Assembly (NCBI GenBank): GCA_018398765.1
Contig: JAHBMJ010000089.1
Coordinates: 1 to 57,408 of the forward strand
Direction of reading: 5' to 3'
From: Chromera velia
Taxonomy: Eukaryota
DNA: 57,408 bases
Below the pieces are notes generated by a model, which made no database searches, had not been told where the DNA came from, and saw nothing but the letters and a program-made list of their open reading frames with translations. The position numbers were made by a program, and so were the translations under genes. Below are positions 11,300-25,139 of this stretch, in pieces (the first letter of the stretch is position 1; the number at the start of each line of letters is the position of its first letter).

Positions 11300-14265
11300 A
11301 TGTCTTCTAGAGTTGCACCCATGCCTGACTACCCGACTGCACCCTCGGGTGTGGCTCCGGAGCTTCCTATTCCCTCAACTGAGCAGGTGGAGGCTGCAAA
11401 GGAGATGAGGAGATCTTCTTTCACAACACCTGTGGAGGGCCAAAGGAAGACCATCCAGAAACTTCCTGCCGACGCCAAATTTGAAGACTTCTACTTTATG
11501 GGCCAGACTCTTGAAATCTGCCAACAGGCAGCACAATCAAGCACAAGACCCATTCTGAAGGAGGTGAGTCGAGAACCTCTCCTCATTCCATTCAATCCTC
11601 GTTACGTATCCTGTCTTGTCTCTGTAGCGTCAACAAGTGTTGCTTCCTCAACTTAACAACTGTTGTTTGGGGATCTTCATCTCCCTCCCTTCTGTGTTCT
11701 GTGCTGCGTGCAGTGTCTGGAGGTGCCTGACCTTCAGCCCCGCATCGTGAAGGTGATCCCCAAATCAAAAGTCCCCGCTTCCGCAGGAGGAGTCGAGTCA
11801 GTCATTCTCACTCTTTTCTCCTTTTTTCTCTCTGTTCCTTTGTAGAATTATGTGTTGCTGCCAGTTTGCTTCCTTGTTTTCCTTCCGGCTTTCTCTTTTC
11901 TCTGCCCTCTTCCTATCCCCATATCACTTTCTTTTACCGCTGTGCAGTCTCTGGAGAAAGCTGTGCGAGAGACTTCTGAACTTGGAGGAGCACACCAACA
12001 TCATGAAGGTCAGTCAATTTCAGTCGGTCGGCAGGCAAACGGATGCAGGCAAGTGTTTGCGGCAGGGGGGGGGGGCTGGTCGTATCATACACCTGTCAGT
12101 GTGCAAAATGATTATTCCGAGAGGTACCAACTCAAGAGGAAGGCCAGAAGCGCACAAGTCACCACTAACTGTACAAAAACAGGGGAAGCTTTTCTGTCAA
12201 AGCAACACATTGTCGTCTGTGTCGGTGTTCATGCTGTGGTTGTGCTGCCTGTCTGTTTATTTTTCTGCAGCTTCTTGAGGTCTTTGAATCTGCTGAGAGT
12301 TTCTTTCTGGTTGCGGAGAAGCTGGAGGGAGGAGAACTGTTTGACTTCCTCCTGACCCAGAAAGCTGTCCCAGAGGAGACCTGCAAGTTCATCATGAGGC
12401 AGATTATCGCATCAGTCAACCATCTTCACGCCAGAGGAATCTTGCACAGAGACGTCAAACCTGAAAACCTCATGTTTCGGTCAGCAAAAATCACTCTCTT
12501 CGATTTTTTCTGTTTGCTGGCATCCTCAGAAACAGAAGATGCTGTTGTGCATCCTCTTTGCAGATTCATTCTCTCTGCCCAGTATTCCATTTGTTGTTCC
12601 CCTCTGGCGTTAGCCACGATGGCGTGTGTGTGTTTTCCGTTCTCAGACTAGCACCCACCTTTGATTCTCAGACTGGCCTTCTTGTTTTGATTTCAATGCA
12701 GGTACAGATGTTTGATCTTTGTTCCCCTCTGGCGTTTGCATGTTTTGCTGACTTTGAGCACTCGAACCTCTGTGGCATTCTTGACTAAACAATGACCACT
12801 CATTCGTGCAGGTACACCCCCACAAGCGCCCCCAACAGCCAGGCAGCCCACGAATTGGCACTTATCGATTTTGACACCTGCAAGATGCTGGATGTCCCGT
12901 CAGTCTCTCTCTTTTCTTTGACCTCTCTGTATATGTCCTTTCTGTATTAAATTTGGCTGACTTTGGCACCTGGAATAGGCGACGCGTCTTGCAAGTCCCC
13001 GTCTCTCTTCATATCTGTCTCCCTGTTTCTGCCTCCTTTTTTTGCTGCGTTCTTTGTGTCTATTTTCCATTTTTTGTTGTCTGGACGTCCATGTGTGGTT
13101 TTCTTTCCCTCTTTTCAAACAGTGGAAAAAGACTGTGTCTCTGTGAGTTCATGTCCATGCCCTCTCCGGCTACTCATAAGCACTGTCGTGGAACAGGAAG
13201 AGGCCAGTGGGACACTGCCTTTACATATGACACTTGCATGTGTGTGCACTGTGTTCAGTGCCGAGGAATACGGTGAGGTCGTGAACGGCAAGAGACGGCT
13301 GGTGGGAACTTACGGCTACCTGGCTCCTGAGGTTTTGAGGGGGGGGGAGTACTCAGCCTCGTCGGACATGTGGAGCGTTGGGGTCATCCTTTATATTCTC
13401 ATGACGGTTGGTTTTGTCAGTAATGCTCTGTTTGTGGGATGCGTGAACGCATTTGCGGTGTCAGCGGTTGCTGCAAAACTATTGAAGCAGCGCAGTGAAT
13501 TCGGGGGTGTGCCTTGGCGGGATGCGGCCTGCAGTAGTATGTGTGGGCGGTTGAATGGCCTTATTGTTTTCTCTCTTCCTTTTTCGGGTATCTGTCGAGG
13601 CGCACATGCGGAGGTATTCATGTCGGAGCTGATACGATGGTTTTGTGTGTGTCCTGATTTTAATGCAGGGCATTCCCCCGTTGCCGATGGAGAACATGAA
13701 CAGCGCCAAAGAATCGGCTGAGGTTCACAAGAGCATGGAGAAACTGGGGGTTAGTGAGAGCCTTGCATGGTCTCGTCTGCATGTGTGCGCCTTCTTTCTT
13801 CAGTCCTGTTGTCTGGACCTTTTCTTCTTCGGACTCAAACCTCTGGAGCAGAGGTGATTGCACAGTGTCGTTTGTGATCTGAGTGCACAGATGTTCCCGC
13901 TGCCATTTGTCTGTTGCGTTTCTCTTTCCCTTTCTCCCGGCGCGCGCTTTGTTCTGGTCATGAGGGAGACCGAAAGGAAGTGCCTGCCTGGTCCAAAGGG
14001 GAGAGAAGAGCGTCCTTGCTCGTCTGGGTGTTCGTACACTGCTCGTGCTCTGGGATGAGGGTGTGAGCGTGGGGTTGTGATCAAGAGACAAGGAAAAGGA
14101 TAGCAAGGTCGTGTTTTTACCCTCTGCCTTCTTTTTTGCAGATCGACTTTGACTGCCCCCCCCTCCCGAGCTTTCCAAAGGCCAGGGACCTGTGCGTCCG
14201 TCTCCTCCAATTCGACCCTCGAGTCAGACTCGCAAATGCAAGAGAGGCACTTGCACATCCTTGGT

Positions 14266-14314
<49 letters not shown>

Positions 14315-15207
14315 TTTCTCTCCTATGCGTAAGTGAAGCCTGTTTATTTAGTTAGTTTCACATCTGTCTTTCTTTCTCTTTCTCTTCTGTTCGGGACAGG
14401 CATGCCAGTAGTGAGCAAACAGTACATTTTTTTGAATGCTCCTTCCCTAACCCCTTGCAGGCTCATCCCCGGGAAGTCGCGCTCTTCTCACCACTCCTCC
14501 TCAGCCCAGCCGGCCCCCGTTCAGCCCTCTCAACCCAGATTCCCCGAGTGGGAGAGAGACGGCAAACTGAATGGGGGACCCGGGGGCCATCAGGAGAACA
14601 CACCCACAACGCACATCCCCCAGACGCCAGTGGAAGGGAAGACTCCAGGAGCGACTCCCTGGGCAAGAGACAAGAACTTTCCTGATGGTCAGCCATGCAA
14701 AAAGGCGGATGGAAAGGCGGGCTTTTCTGGGTTGTGACTGCTTGTACGCGCATTTCCCTGTCCCCGCCTTTCATGGTTCCATTTCCTCCTGGAGGAAAGA
14801 GAAAACGCACGCGCGCCCGTGTCTGTGAGAGAGAGTTTGCCTGGAGAGGCACCCTGCTTATCGAAGGTCCCGACGCCTGTCTGTCTCTCTTGTCTCTCTG
14901 TCTCTCTGTCTCTCTACCTGCCTGCCTGTCTGTTTGTCTGTCTGTCAGTCATAGAAGAAGAAACATATAGTCTGTCAGTCATGAAAGAGAGCAGGGAAAG
15001 AAATTATATAGTCTGTCTGTCTCTCCGTCTGCAGACACTGCCAGCAAGACGCCCTCAACCCTGAAAGTGCCTGGAGGGAAGACGCCTGCAGGGTCTCCGT
15101 CTGCCTCCCCCTCCAACGCCCAGATTGCCATGGGCAATTTCACACAGTCCAGAGGGGACAGTGAGCCTCTGACTCCCATCACACCGGCTCCCTGGAGACC
15201 TTCATGA
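11300..15207 (+). CDS. Ser/Thr protein kinase, CAMK/CDPK-like without EF hands, 484 aa, 10 exons
   Basis: Exons 11300-11563, 11714-11796, 11948-12008, 12271-12479, 12812-12898, 13259-13406, 13669-13749, 14142-14263, 14461-14687, 15035-15207; all GT-AG and in phase. Motifs IVKVIPK, GGELFDFL, HRDVKPENL, IDFDT, GTYGYLAPE, DMWSVGVILYIL, ALAHPW. Confidence 0.92.
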
Positions 15208-18189
15208 TAGATTGATCGGCGTGCGTGTGAATGGGCGTTTGACTGGAATGTTTTGGGGGGAAAGACTTATTCAGTGTTTCTCCTTTCTTCCTGCTGTTGC
15301 CCAAACATAACAGACGTACCAATCCTTTCAAAGTCAGGCCTTGTCAGTCGGTCGGGGCCGGGATTTGCGATTGTTTTGATGGTGTGGAGAACTTGACAGA
15401 GACAGATAAGAGACCACAGTTCGGATGGTAGAGTGAAGACAGGAGTGTGGGCAGAAATAGTAAGAAGAATTGAGCTTACTCGGAAGAATGATCAGGAAGG
15501 TGAGAACCTCTGAAGTAAAAGAGGCGGAAAGGGGAGAGGGAGGGAAGTTTTGAGCATTTCTGTATTTGGTTTGCTATGAGGACATAGGTGTCCTGGCTCT
15601 CTTTTGTTCATTTGAATTGATGCGAACTCGAAAGTAGAAGCAGGGAATGGGGGGGCGGAAGGCAAAAGTATGGGGGAGGGCAGGGAAGGAGAGGGAAGAG
15701 AAAGAAGTGGGTACCCACAGAATTCGCGCAAAGATAGAAGAAAGGGAAGTCTCCTGGTTGCACGCGAGAAGATGAAAGAAAGCCAAAAGGAGACTCTACG
15801 GCCTTGTTTGTCATTTTCTTACTGTCTCTCTGGCCGGCCGTGGCTACTCCCTCCACTCCTCTCCAGAGGAAACGAAAAGAAAGAGACTTCATGGTGCCTG
15901 TCTATCGCAAACAATAAGACTCACTCATGCAGTCACTGAATTCAGAAACCCGTACATAGAGCAGCAGGGGACACGTGGATGGGTTGGGGTTTTCCTTCCT
16001 TTCCAGAAGAAACGAAAGAGTAAAAGGGAGAGGACGAAACTCATGCATGCACACCAAGCAGAGTTCGTACGTAAGAAAAAGGGACTGAAGGGAAGCAGGA
16101 GGTCCAAAAGCAGGTAAGAAGGGGAGAAGGAGTGAGTAAGAAGGAAAAGGTGATCAGCAAAAAATAGAGATTTTTGTGTGTTGGGTCAGGCAGACAGCTT
16201 CTCTAACCACTCTTTTTCTCTTTCTGTCTGACATATCTTTCTCTCTCCTTCTTTGTCCCTTCTCCCTTCCCCCTCTTTGAGCCCGACAGGATCGAGCAGA
16301 AAGGGTCGCTCTGGGCGTACTGCAGGCATCATTAATTGAATTACTAATTAATCAGTGCGGTGGTTTTTATTTATTCAAACCTCTATTCTTAGTTTTGTTT
16401 CCTTGTCTGCTTTCCGTCTGTTTGTATTGCTGCCTCGCCTACATCGCATCACAGATTCTCATTTCTCTTTATCCGTTTATTTTGTTCGTTGCTGCACGCT
16501 CTCTTGTCCTTAGTCGAAGGATTATTTTTCTTTTTCAGATTGCGATCGGGAGACCACCTCGCAAACCCGGCATCAAAAGAGACATAGAGAGAGCAGATAT
16601 ACGCATACGCATGAGTCACTGTTTGTATCCACACAGGCGAAAAGAAACTACACAGATCGAGAGCCCTACTGTGTCGGGATGGAAGAGAATTCTCTCACGG
16701 CTCTCAAAAGAATGCGAGCGACCTAGAAAGAAAGGGGGTGAGAGTCCGCTAATGGTGATCTCCCCTCTTTTCTCCTTTCGAGCCTCCGAGAGTTGATTCA
16801 GTCTTTGGTCTTCTTTTCTTCTGTTGTTTTTTGTTTCTCCTCTAAGTACATGGGCACATTGCCGATGTGTTTCATGCTAAGCGTGACAGTGAGTGAAAGG
16901 GAAAGAGGGAAAAGGGGAGGGGGGGGAAGGTGGGTGTAGGTACGTGGTGGCGTGGCATGTTTGTTTGCTGCATTGTCTTTCCCTCTACCTGCGTGTGTGC
17001 TGCATGTTGCTGAAGTCCGTCTGGATCTGCTCAGGTCTGACCCACTAAATTGCATGTTCTTCTTCCTTCTGTCAAATCAGGGAAGTGCTGAGAATGCAAA
17101 ACCCCAGTCCGAACTAATTCATTCCATCAGACAGACGACACACGAGGCAGAAATAGGTGCACTGCATGCATTGTCTGAATCACTGCCTGTGCTCGACTGT
17201 GAACCCGTTTTTCGTATGTTTAATCGTCTGTAGTCCAATCTGACTGTTCCGGTGCAAGCAGAGAGACTGAGAGAAAGCTTGCTTCACAATGAGTCTCAGA
17301 GAGAGAGAGACAGAGAAAGAGCGAAAAAGGGAGAGAAGGAAGGTGAATCATCGAATGTCGAATGTTCCTTTCCGTTCAACCGTTCGTAGACTCTCTCTCT
17401 CTCCCCCCCCCCCCCCNNNNNNNNNNNCTCTCTCTCCCTCTCTGTCTCTCTCTCTCTCCCTCTCTCTCTCTCTTCATATGCGTCGATGCCCTTTGTTTTG
17501 TCCTGGAGGGTCGCTCGGCAGGCCCCCGGAAGTGCACGGCAGAGAGAAGAACCGATCGTTCGAGGGGATCTTAAGCATGCATGCTTCGCTTGATCAACCC
17601 GAGCTGAGGTGGGAGGAAATGCATCGGGACAAGGGCCATCAAAGTTTTTCAAAAGTTTCAGTCGAAGCTCAGCTCTACTCTTAAGAATTTGAGTTCGAAG
17701 TAAAAAGAAAAGAGGCGGTGTGAAGGGAAGACTCATGACAGGATGATCACCGCGTGTCTGTTTTTCGGTTGACTGCCTTGTCACCAGATACCGAAGAGCA
17801 GAGGGTAAGACGGACAATCAACGTCATGCACATAGTAGGTGTTCTTTTCGAGAACGTGACAAGAAGAAATGATTAAAAAAGGAGACACAGATTCAAACAG
17901 CTCACAGCAGCAGGGAGTAAAAAGAGGAAGACGGATGGATTAAGAGATTGACTTAATTCAAAACACCTGCTGTGTCATCGCACCCTGATGGATCAAAGGC
18001 GAAAAGGGACGTGGCAAAAAGAGCAAACGGCTGCAAACATGATTTGCTTTAAGACTGCTTGACTGTTTACAGAAAATCTGTGCATGCAGGGGGGGGGGTG
18101 AATGAAGAAATGATGGAGGCTCATCGAGCCTCACTGTCGCACTGGCAAACAAAGGAACAATGGCTGCAGTGACTAAGCAGCCTCAGCCT

Positions 18190-19020
18190 ACTATATATAA
18201 GTATGTTTCCAAGAAAGACAAGGAAATCTGAAAAGACTTCTCCTAGGACTTTGCTGCAGTCTTTGCACAATATTGTTATACAATACGGTTATATAGGAGT
18301 TACTACCGGCCCCTTTTAGCCAGTAGCGAGTTACCGTCAGTTTGGTAACCATGAGATGGTAACACCAGGTAACTATAGTGGACTTGAAGGCCTGTACCAC
18401 TACCATAGTAATTTAAGGAAAAACTCTGGTAAAAACAGTTGGCTAGACTTAGACAGTTGGCAGTTGTAGGCTAGGTTGTAAGCAGTTGCTAAACCTATTA
18501 TCATTTCAAAGCCTGACCACTTAACTCACTAGCAATTTAAAGCCCTGAAATATTAGATTATACTTATAAATAATATAGGCTATACATAATAATATTGTAG
18601 TTATAGTTCAGTACTAGGTTCAGTCATAAAATAATAAACAGTGAGTTTTACTAGAATGAACTTTTAATGAATATCAGACATTGTCAGTCTAAAATTGGGT
18701 TTGTAGGTTGAGTTTGACTCAGAATGTCGCCAAATCTGCCTGTTTTTAGCTACCACAACTACCATCAGAACACTGCTACCGTAACCATAAAATTGGTAAC
18801 CAGGCGGCCCAGCATCCACCTAGTATAACCGTCCTACTTTCGTTAAATACTCTAGAATACCCCTAATTAACCTAGCTGCTAACCGTAGTACTATGTAAAA
18901 TCATGATAACTTGCATAAATCCTAGCTTGAATCCTGTTATATGTTTCTACTATACTACAATAGTTATAGACAAGTTTCAAAATTAAAATCAAAGTACTAA
19001 ATAAAGTATTATTGCATGCT
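18190..19020. repeat. AT- and TpA-rich degenerate repeat remnant
   Basis: Abrupt compositional shift, repeated GGTAAC/GTTACC motifs, short inverted ACGGTTATA (~18286) and TATAACCGT (~18823). No TSD found. Confidence 0.4.
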
Positions 19021-20039
19021 GTGATGAAGCACACACACTATTTGAGCATCACAATCAGTGCACGGACAGCCAACGCTAGTAGTCGACGCTTTGCGGAGAC
19101 AAAAAGCTGACTGAGATTGTGTGAAGACATTCAAAGTGTATAGCTCTAAGCTTTGGCGAGGACCTATACCCGGAACGCCCCTCATTCTCTCCCTCTTTCA
19201 GGTTTCCTCCCTCTGGATGATTGTCTGCCCTCTTTTTTCTCTGCCCCTGCCCTTTCATGTTAAACTAATTCAAATCGTACCCACATGTCTTACCAATCTC
19301 GTTATCTCTGTTTCTCCTACGCTAGCTCCTACGGCATCTACACGCAGGCACACACAAAAAGACGAAGGGGGGGGGGAGGAGAGGGAAGGCTTCACAGGTA
19401 TGGAGAGACGATGTATTCTGTTTAATTTTGATGCCTGAATTTTGTGTATACATGCATGCATTCTGCAAGATGTCTCTGAGAGTTTACTTACTTCACTCTG
19501 TTTTCATCCCCCCTCTCATTTCTCGACGCCACTCTTCTCTCTTTCATCCTTCTGGGCCCGGCTCCGTCTTAAACTTGCTGACTCTTTCAGTCTCGTTACC
19601 TTTGCATTGCTTCTCTTCACTCCGCTTTGGTTTCCCCCGGTTTCTTTTCATTCATTCTTCCTTCATGTCTTCTTCTTCCGTTCTCCTTTCTTCATTCACT
19701 CTCTCCCTCCCTCTCTCCCTCCCTCCCTCCCTTTAAATTTTGCTCCTTCTATTCTCTGACTTCCTAGTGGACCACTCTGTTTTTTTATTTTTGTTTTGCT
19801 CTTCTTTTTCCCTTTGCCCCCCTTTCATTTCATTCTCAACACCTCCTTGTTCAGTCATTTCGTCCCATTCTATTTTATTTCATTTCATTTCTTTCCACTC
19901 ATACACATGCAGGTACAGTGGCTTTGAGGGCTGCTCTCTCAATCGTGCATATGAGTTGACGATGCTGGATGGCCAAGGATGTTTTTTCTTGCACCTTCTG
20001 GCACTGTTCTGCTCCATTCCGCACACTTTGACGCGCACA

Positions 20040-20372
20040 CTCACATACGTGTACACACGCTCACACACACTCTATCACAGAAGCTCACCCTAACGTGCGC
20101 GCACACATACATGCAAACACACACACACACATACACACACACACACACACATACACACATACACACATACACACACACACACACATACACACACACAAAC
20201 ACAAACACACACGCACACGCACACACATACACACGCACACACACATACACATACATACACATGCACACACATACATACACACACATACACACATACACAC
20301 ACACACATACACACATATACACATACACACATACACAAACACACACACACACATACACATACACATACACAT

Positions 20373-20420
<48 letters not shown>

Positions 20421-20512
20421 ACACACATACACACAAACGCAAACACACACGCACACATGCACACACATGCGCACGCGCATGCACACGTACTCAATCAATC
20501 AATCAATCAATC
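20040..20512. repeat. (CA)n compound microsatellite ending in (TCAA)n
   Basis: Direct reading. Confidence 0.95.
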
Positions 20513-20849
20513 AAAATTTCGTCTGCTGCTTTCTTGGAGGGTTGAGCAAAATGCGTCTTCTTTCTTTTTTGTTCTCTCTGCACGTCTACCAGTCCTCCGT
20601 TCCTCGGACGTCCATGTACTTTCATAAAAAAGCGTGTCCTTCGTTTACGCAAAAGCAGAGAGCACAAAATCAATCAAGTGTCAGTTGATGAATCAATGTA
20701 CATGACTGCACCTCCGATGAAGATTTGTAGGTTCAAAACAAGGGAGGGGACAGTATAACGTCTCATGCATTTGTTTCATTCAAAGCAGGTCTGACAGAGT
20801 GAGTAGCTGGACGCACATAAAGACTGCATATGCAAACGCGGACGGAGAC

Positions 20850-22500
20850 TCACCATGCAGCTGTCAAAACTTTTTAGTCTGTTGGTCGGATCGCCGGAAC
20901 TTGATTGTGCTGCCGCCTTGATGGGAAGGCAGAATGGAGATGACCATGCCGCCGTCTTTAATTGTCTGCAAACATTCTGGATCGATGCAAACCACGCCGG
21001 TCCCTACACGCCCCTCGCAGCGAAACGCTGGGCTCCTCCCCTCCCCTCCTACCCCTTGTTTGCTTATCTTGCATCATGCAGCTTCCTTTAGGTTGAGGGA
21101 GCTTTGAACGCAAAGAGAAGTCGGGGGAAACAGAGACTGCATGCATGCTGCAATGATGATGATGATGAGCCATGGCGCTTGAGCAGGTTCTTTTGGAAAG
21201 ATCTCTTGCCTTATCATCAAATCTAGACACCAAGTGCACGACGGACATGCACCTAGACGCAGAATTTATTCACAGAGAGAAGACCGCACAGACGTTGACA
21301 TTGGATGGTATTTCTGTACCTAATTCAACCCCTGCATGCCCTTGCCGGCCTCAAAATGTGTCCATACCTGGACTATCCAGTGAACTTTGCCGATCTACAA
21401 TGAAGCTGAGATAGCAAGCTCTTGCCAACAAATGCCTCCCTCTGTGGAGCTCTCTCCTTACCTCTCTCGCAGCCGTCACTTCTGCCTTTCTAGGCATTGC
21501 TTCGTCATACTTGTATGAGTGTATGCTTGTGTCTGCGCTCAGCTCATTGTTGTATACTTGATGAGACACGACAAGACCAGAGACAGACAGAGCAAAGGAA
21601 AGATCGGAAGAGGGGAAGAAATGAAAGTAGTCAAAGACGCAGAAAAGGAGATATGAACCCACCATGCAGAGCGAGAATAAGCGCCACCTGAAACAGACAG
21701 AAGAGGGTGCCACCCACGCTGATTTTGACCAGGTTCTTTTCGTCCTAACGGCGAGTTGCAGAGAGTTGCAATGTCTATGTGAGAGCAAGAAAAGTGCCAA
21801 GGTGCGAAGCAGCTGTATATTGTGAGTTACCTTTGGCACGTATCCTGCTCTTGTCAGCTATTTCAGCCATGCCGATAAGCTAGAAAAAGTGCCCAATGAG
21901 GACAGGAAGGCTCTGCGGATCGAGCTCTATCCTTCCACGATCAGTTCAATACACTTCAAAGAGACTGCGTGAGAGAAGTGTGAACTTCACGGCACTTGTA
22001 CAAATAGAATGTATGAGATCAAGTCGAGATCATCACCCCGAAGGTGACCCTAAAAAAGGGGGGGGTGGGGTCCCCTCAGGGGGGGGGGACAGCAAATTAG
22101 AGGGCCTGACACACAAAGAGCACGACAGAGGCCACAAGGGGCTTTACTACCCACCGCCTTCGGCACTGCAGCACCTAGCCACCCACCACTACACCCACCA
22201 TATCGTAAAGCAATGTGCCACAATTCTATGCATGCATGCACGCCCCTTTCGAACAAGCAAGTCGACGGCCCGTTCCCCTCCTCCGAAGATACGCACGAAT
22301 CAAGATGCACTCAAGGCTTGCTCACAAGACCCACAACACCATGCAGCTCCTGTTTGCACACCGGACCACCGACCGCCTCCAGCTTCCACAAACTGCAGCC
22401 GTTACATGCTGCCACCGCCTACAGATGCAGCTTGCCTCGATCTATACCTCCATTCACTCGCGAATCCGGCCTCTCCTCAAGGCCGCATCCACCATAAACA
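20850..22500 (-). pseudogene. Probable degenerate intron-containing gene, unknown product
   Basis: Splice-like boundaries join LSAWLK*LTRAGYVPK, VALILALH and VYNNELSADTSIHSYKYDEAMPRKAEV..., with an in-frame TAG. No family recognised. Confidence 0.3.
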
Positions 22501-22585
22501 CAGCCCGCCGGCCGTTCTATCACAGCCCCTTCGAAGTTGGGAGAGGAGAGGTGAGAAGAGACTGTCCCACTCCAGACCGTTTGCA

Positions 22586-24690
22586 TTGGATGAATGGATG
22601 GATGAATGGATGAATGAATGAATGGATGGATGAATGGATGAATGAGTGGAAGGATGAATGGATGAATGGATGAACGGATGAATGAATGAATGAATGAACG
22701 AATAGATAGATGGATAAATGATCGAATGAATGAAAGCGTGAAGGGATGGATGGATGAATGGACGAATGGATGAATGGATGGATGAATAAATGAAATTTTA
22801 AAATGAATGAATGAATGAATGAATGAATGGATGCATGGATGAACGGATGAATGGATGAATGAATGAATGACTGAATGAATGGATGGATGGAGATATGGAT
22901 GAACGGATGAATGGATGAATGAATGCGTGAATGAGAGAATGAATGAATGAATAAATGAATAAATGAATGAATGACTGAATGAATGGATGGGTGGATGAAT
23001 GGATGGATGAATGAATGAATGAATGAATGAATGGATGCATGGATGAACGGATGAATGGATGAATGAATGAATGACTGAATGAATGGATGGATGGAGATAT
23101 GGATGAACGGATGAATGGATGAATGAATGCGTGAATGAGAGAATGAATGAATGAATGAATGAATGAATGAATAAATGAATAAATGAATGAATGACTGAAT
23201 GAATGGATGGGTGGATGAATGGATGAATGAATGGAAGGGTGAATGGATGAATGAACGAATGAATGAATGAATGAATGAATGAGTGAATAGATGGATGAAT
23301 GAATGAATGGATAGATGGATGAATAGATGAATGAATGAATGAATGAATGAATGAATGAATGAATGAATGAATGAATGAATGAATGAATGAATAATGAATG
23401 AATGAATGGATGGCTGAATGGATGGATGAATGGACGAATGGATGAATGGATGGATGGATGGACAAATAGATGAATGAATGGATGAATAGATGAATGAATA
23501 AATTAGAATAAATGAACAAATGAATAAATGAATAAATGAATGAACAAATGAATGGACGAATGAATGAATGAATGAATGAATGAATGAATAAAGGAAGGAA
23601 GGAAGGAAGGAAGGAAGGAAAGAAGCAAGGAATGAATGGATGGATGGATGGATGGATGGATGGATAGATGATGGCACTGGACCTGACTGGACCGCTCTCC
23701 CCGGACCTCTTTGACTAGACCGCTCACATAAGACCGCTTTCACTGGACCATAGTGACTCTGACTGGCCCACTTTGTAGGGACCGCCCTGACTAAATCAAC
23801 CTTCTTGTTTCGTTAGAGAAGACGAAGATAAATGCGATGAATAAATAAATGGATGAATCTCATTGACTGAGTGAATAAATCGATGTCATTAATTGAATGG
23901 ATGAATGAGTGAATGGGTGAATGGGCGAATGGATGAATGAGTGAATGGATGGATAGCTGGATGGATAGATGGCACTAGACCTGACTGGACCGCTTTCCCC
24001 GGACTATCTGACCGCTTTCAATAGACCACAATGACTCTGACTGGCCGCTAAGCCTTGTAGGGCGGTAATGAATGAATGAATGAATGAATGAATGAAAGAA
24101 TGAATGATCGAATGAATGACTGAGTGAAGGAATGAATGAATGAATTTTAATGAATTAATGAATGAATGAATGGATGAATAAATGGATGGATGGAGGCATG
24201 GATGAATGGATGAATGAATGGAAGGGTGAATGGATGTCATTGAATGGATGAATGAATGAATGAACGAATGACTGAATAAATAGACGAATGAATGAATGAA
24301 TGAATGAATGAATGAATAAATGAATGAATGAATGAATGAATAAATGGACGAATGAATGAATGAATGAATGAATGAATGAATAAATGAATGAATGAATGAA
24401 TGAATGAATGAATGAATGAATGTCATTGAATGAAATTCAATGAATGAATGAATGAATGAATGAATGAATAGATGGATGGATGGATGGATGGATGGATGGA
24501 TAGATGGATGGATAGATAGATGGATGGATGGATGGCACCGGACTTGACTGGATTGCTCTCCCCGGACCACTTTGACTAGACCGTTCCCACAGGACTGCTC
24601 TTACTGGACCACAGTGACTCAGACTGGCCCGGTGGTTATAGGGCGGTAATGAATGGATGAATATCATTGAATGAATGAATATTATTGAAT
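22586..24690. repeat. (TGAA)/(TGGA)n array with three embedded ~100-120-bp cassettes
   Basis: Cassettes begin TGGCAC..GAC.TGACTGGA at ~23672, ~23970 and ~24533. Internal ~200-bp duplication at ~22829 and ~23033. Confidence 0.9.
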
Positions 24691-25139
24691 TTAATAATGA
24701 AGAATATCACCACGCCTATTGACGATTCGACGACGAAAAATATTGTGTCGCTTGGAACTGGGGGGTGGGTAAGAGGGTCGTGTGATGTGTCTTGAAGGTT
24801 TTTCATCAGTATCACAAATGCACTGGTTTTCCTTGCTTGGCACGGGGCTCCCTGAGGCTCAAGTCAACGTCAAGATTTGAGCAGCCGGTTGGGTTTTTTT
24901 CTGCCGTACGACAATGCTACCAGTTGAGCTAATTAATAGCACATCGGATTGAACAAGCATCTGTCCAGTTCAAACGTTATCAAGTAATTTATTGAGTCAG
25001 ACGGCAGTTTTGCCCAAAAACTATCCCCTCTCAGGGGGCAAACCAGGGTAACACAAAGAAACAAACTATGTATGATATAGGGGTGGGATACTCCTGTAGA
25101 GGAGATGCCTGTAATATCCCGACCCTACATAATATAAAA

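Noticed and set aside
15210..18180. Short ORFs downstream of the kinase
   Set aside because: No motifs or consistent splice structure; reads as UTR or intergenic low-complexity DNA.
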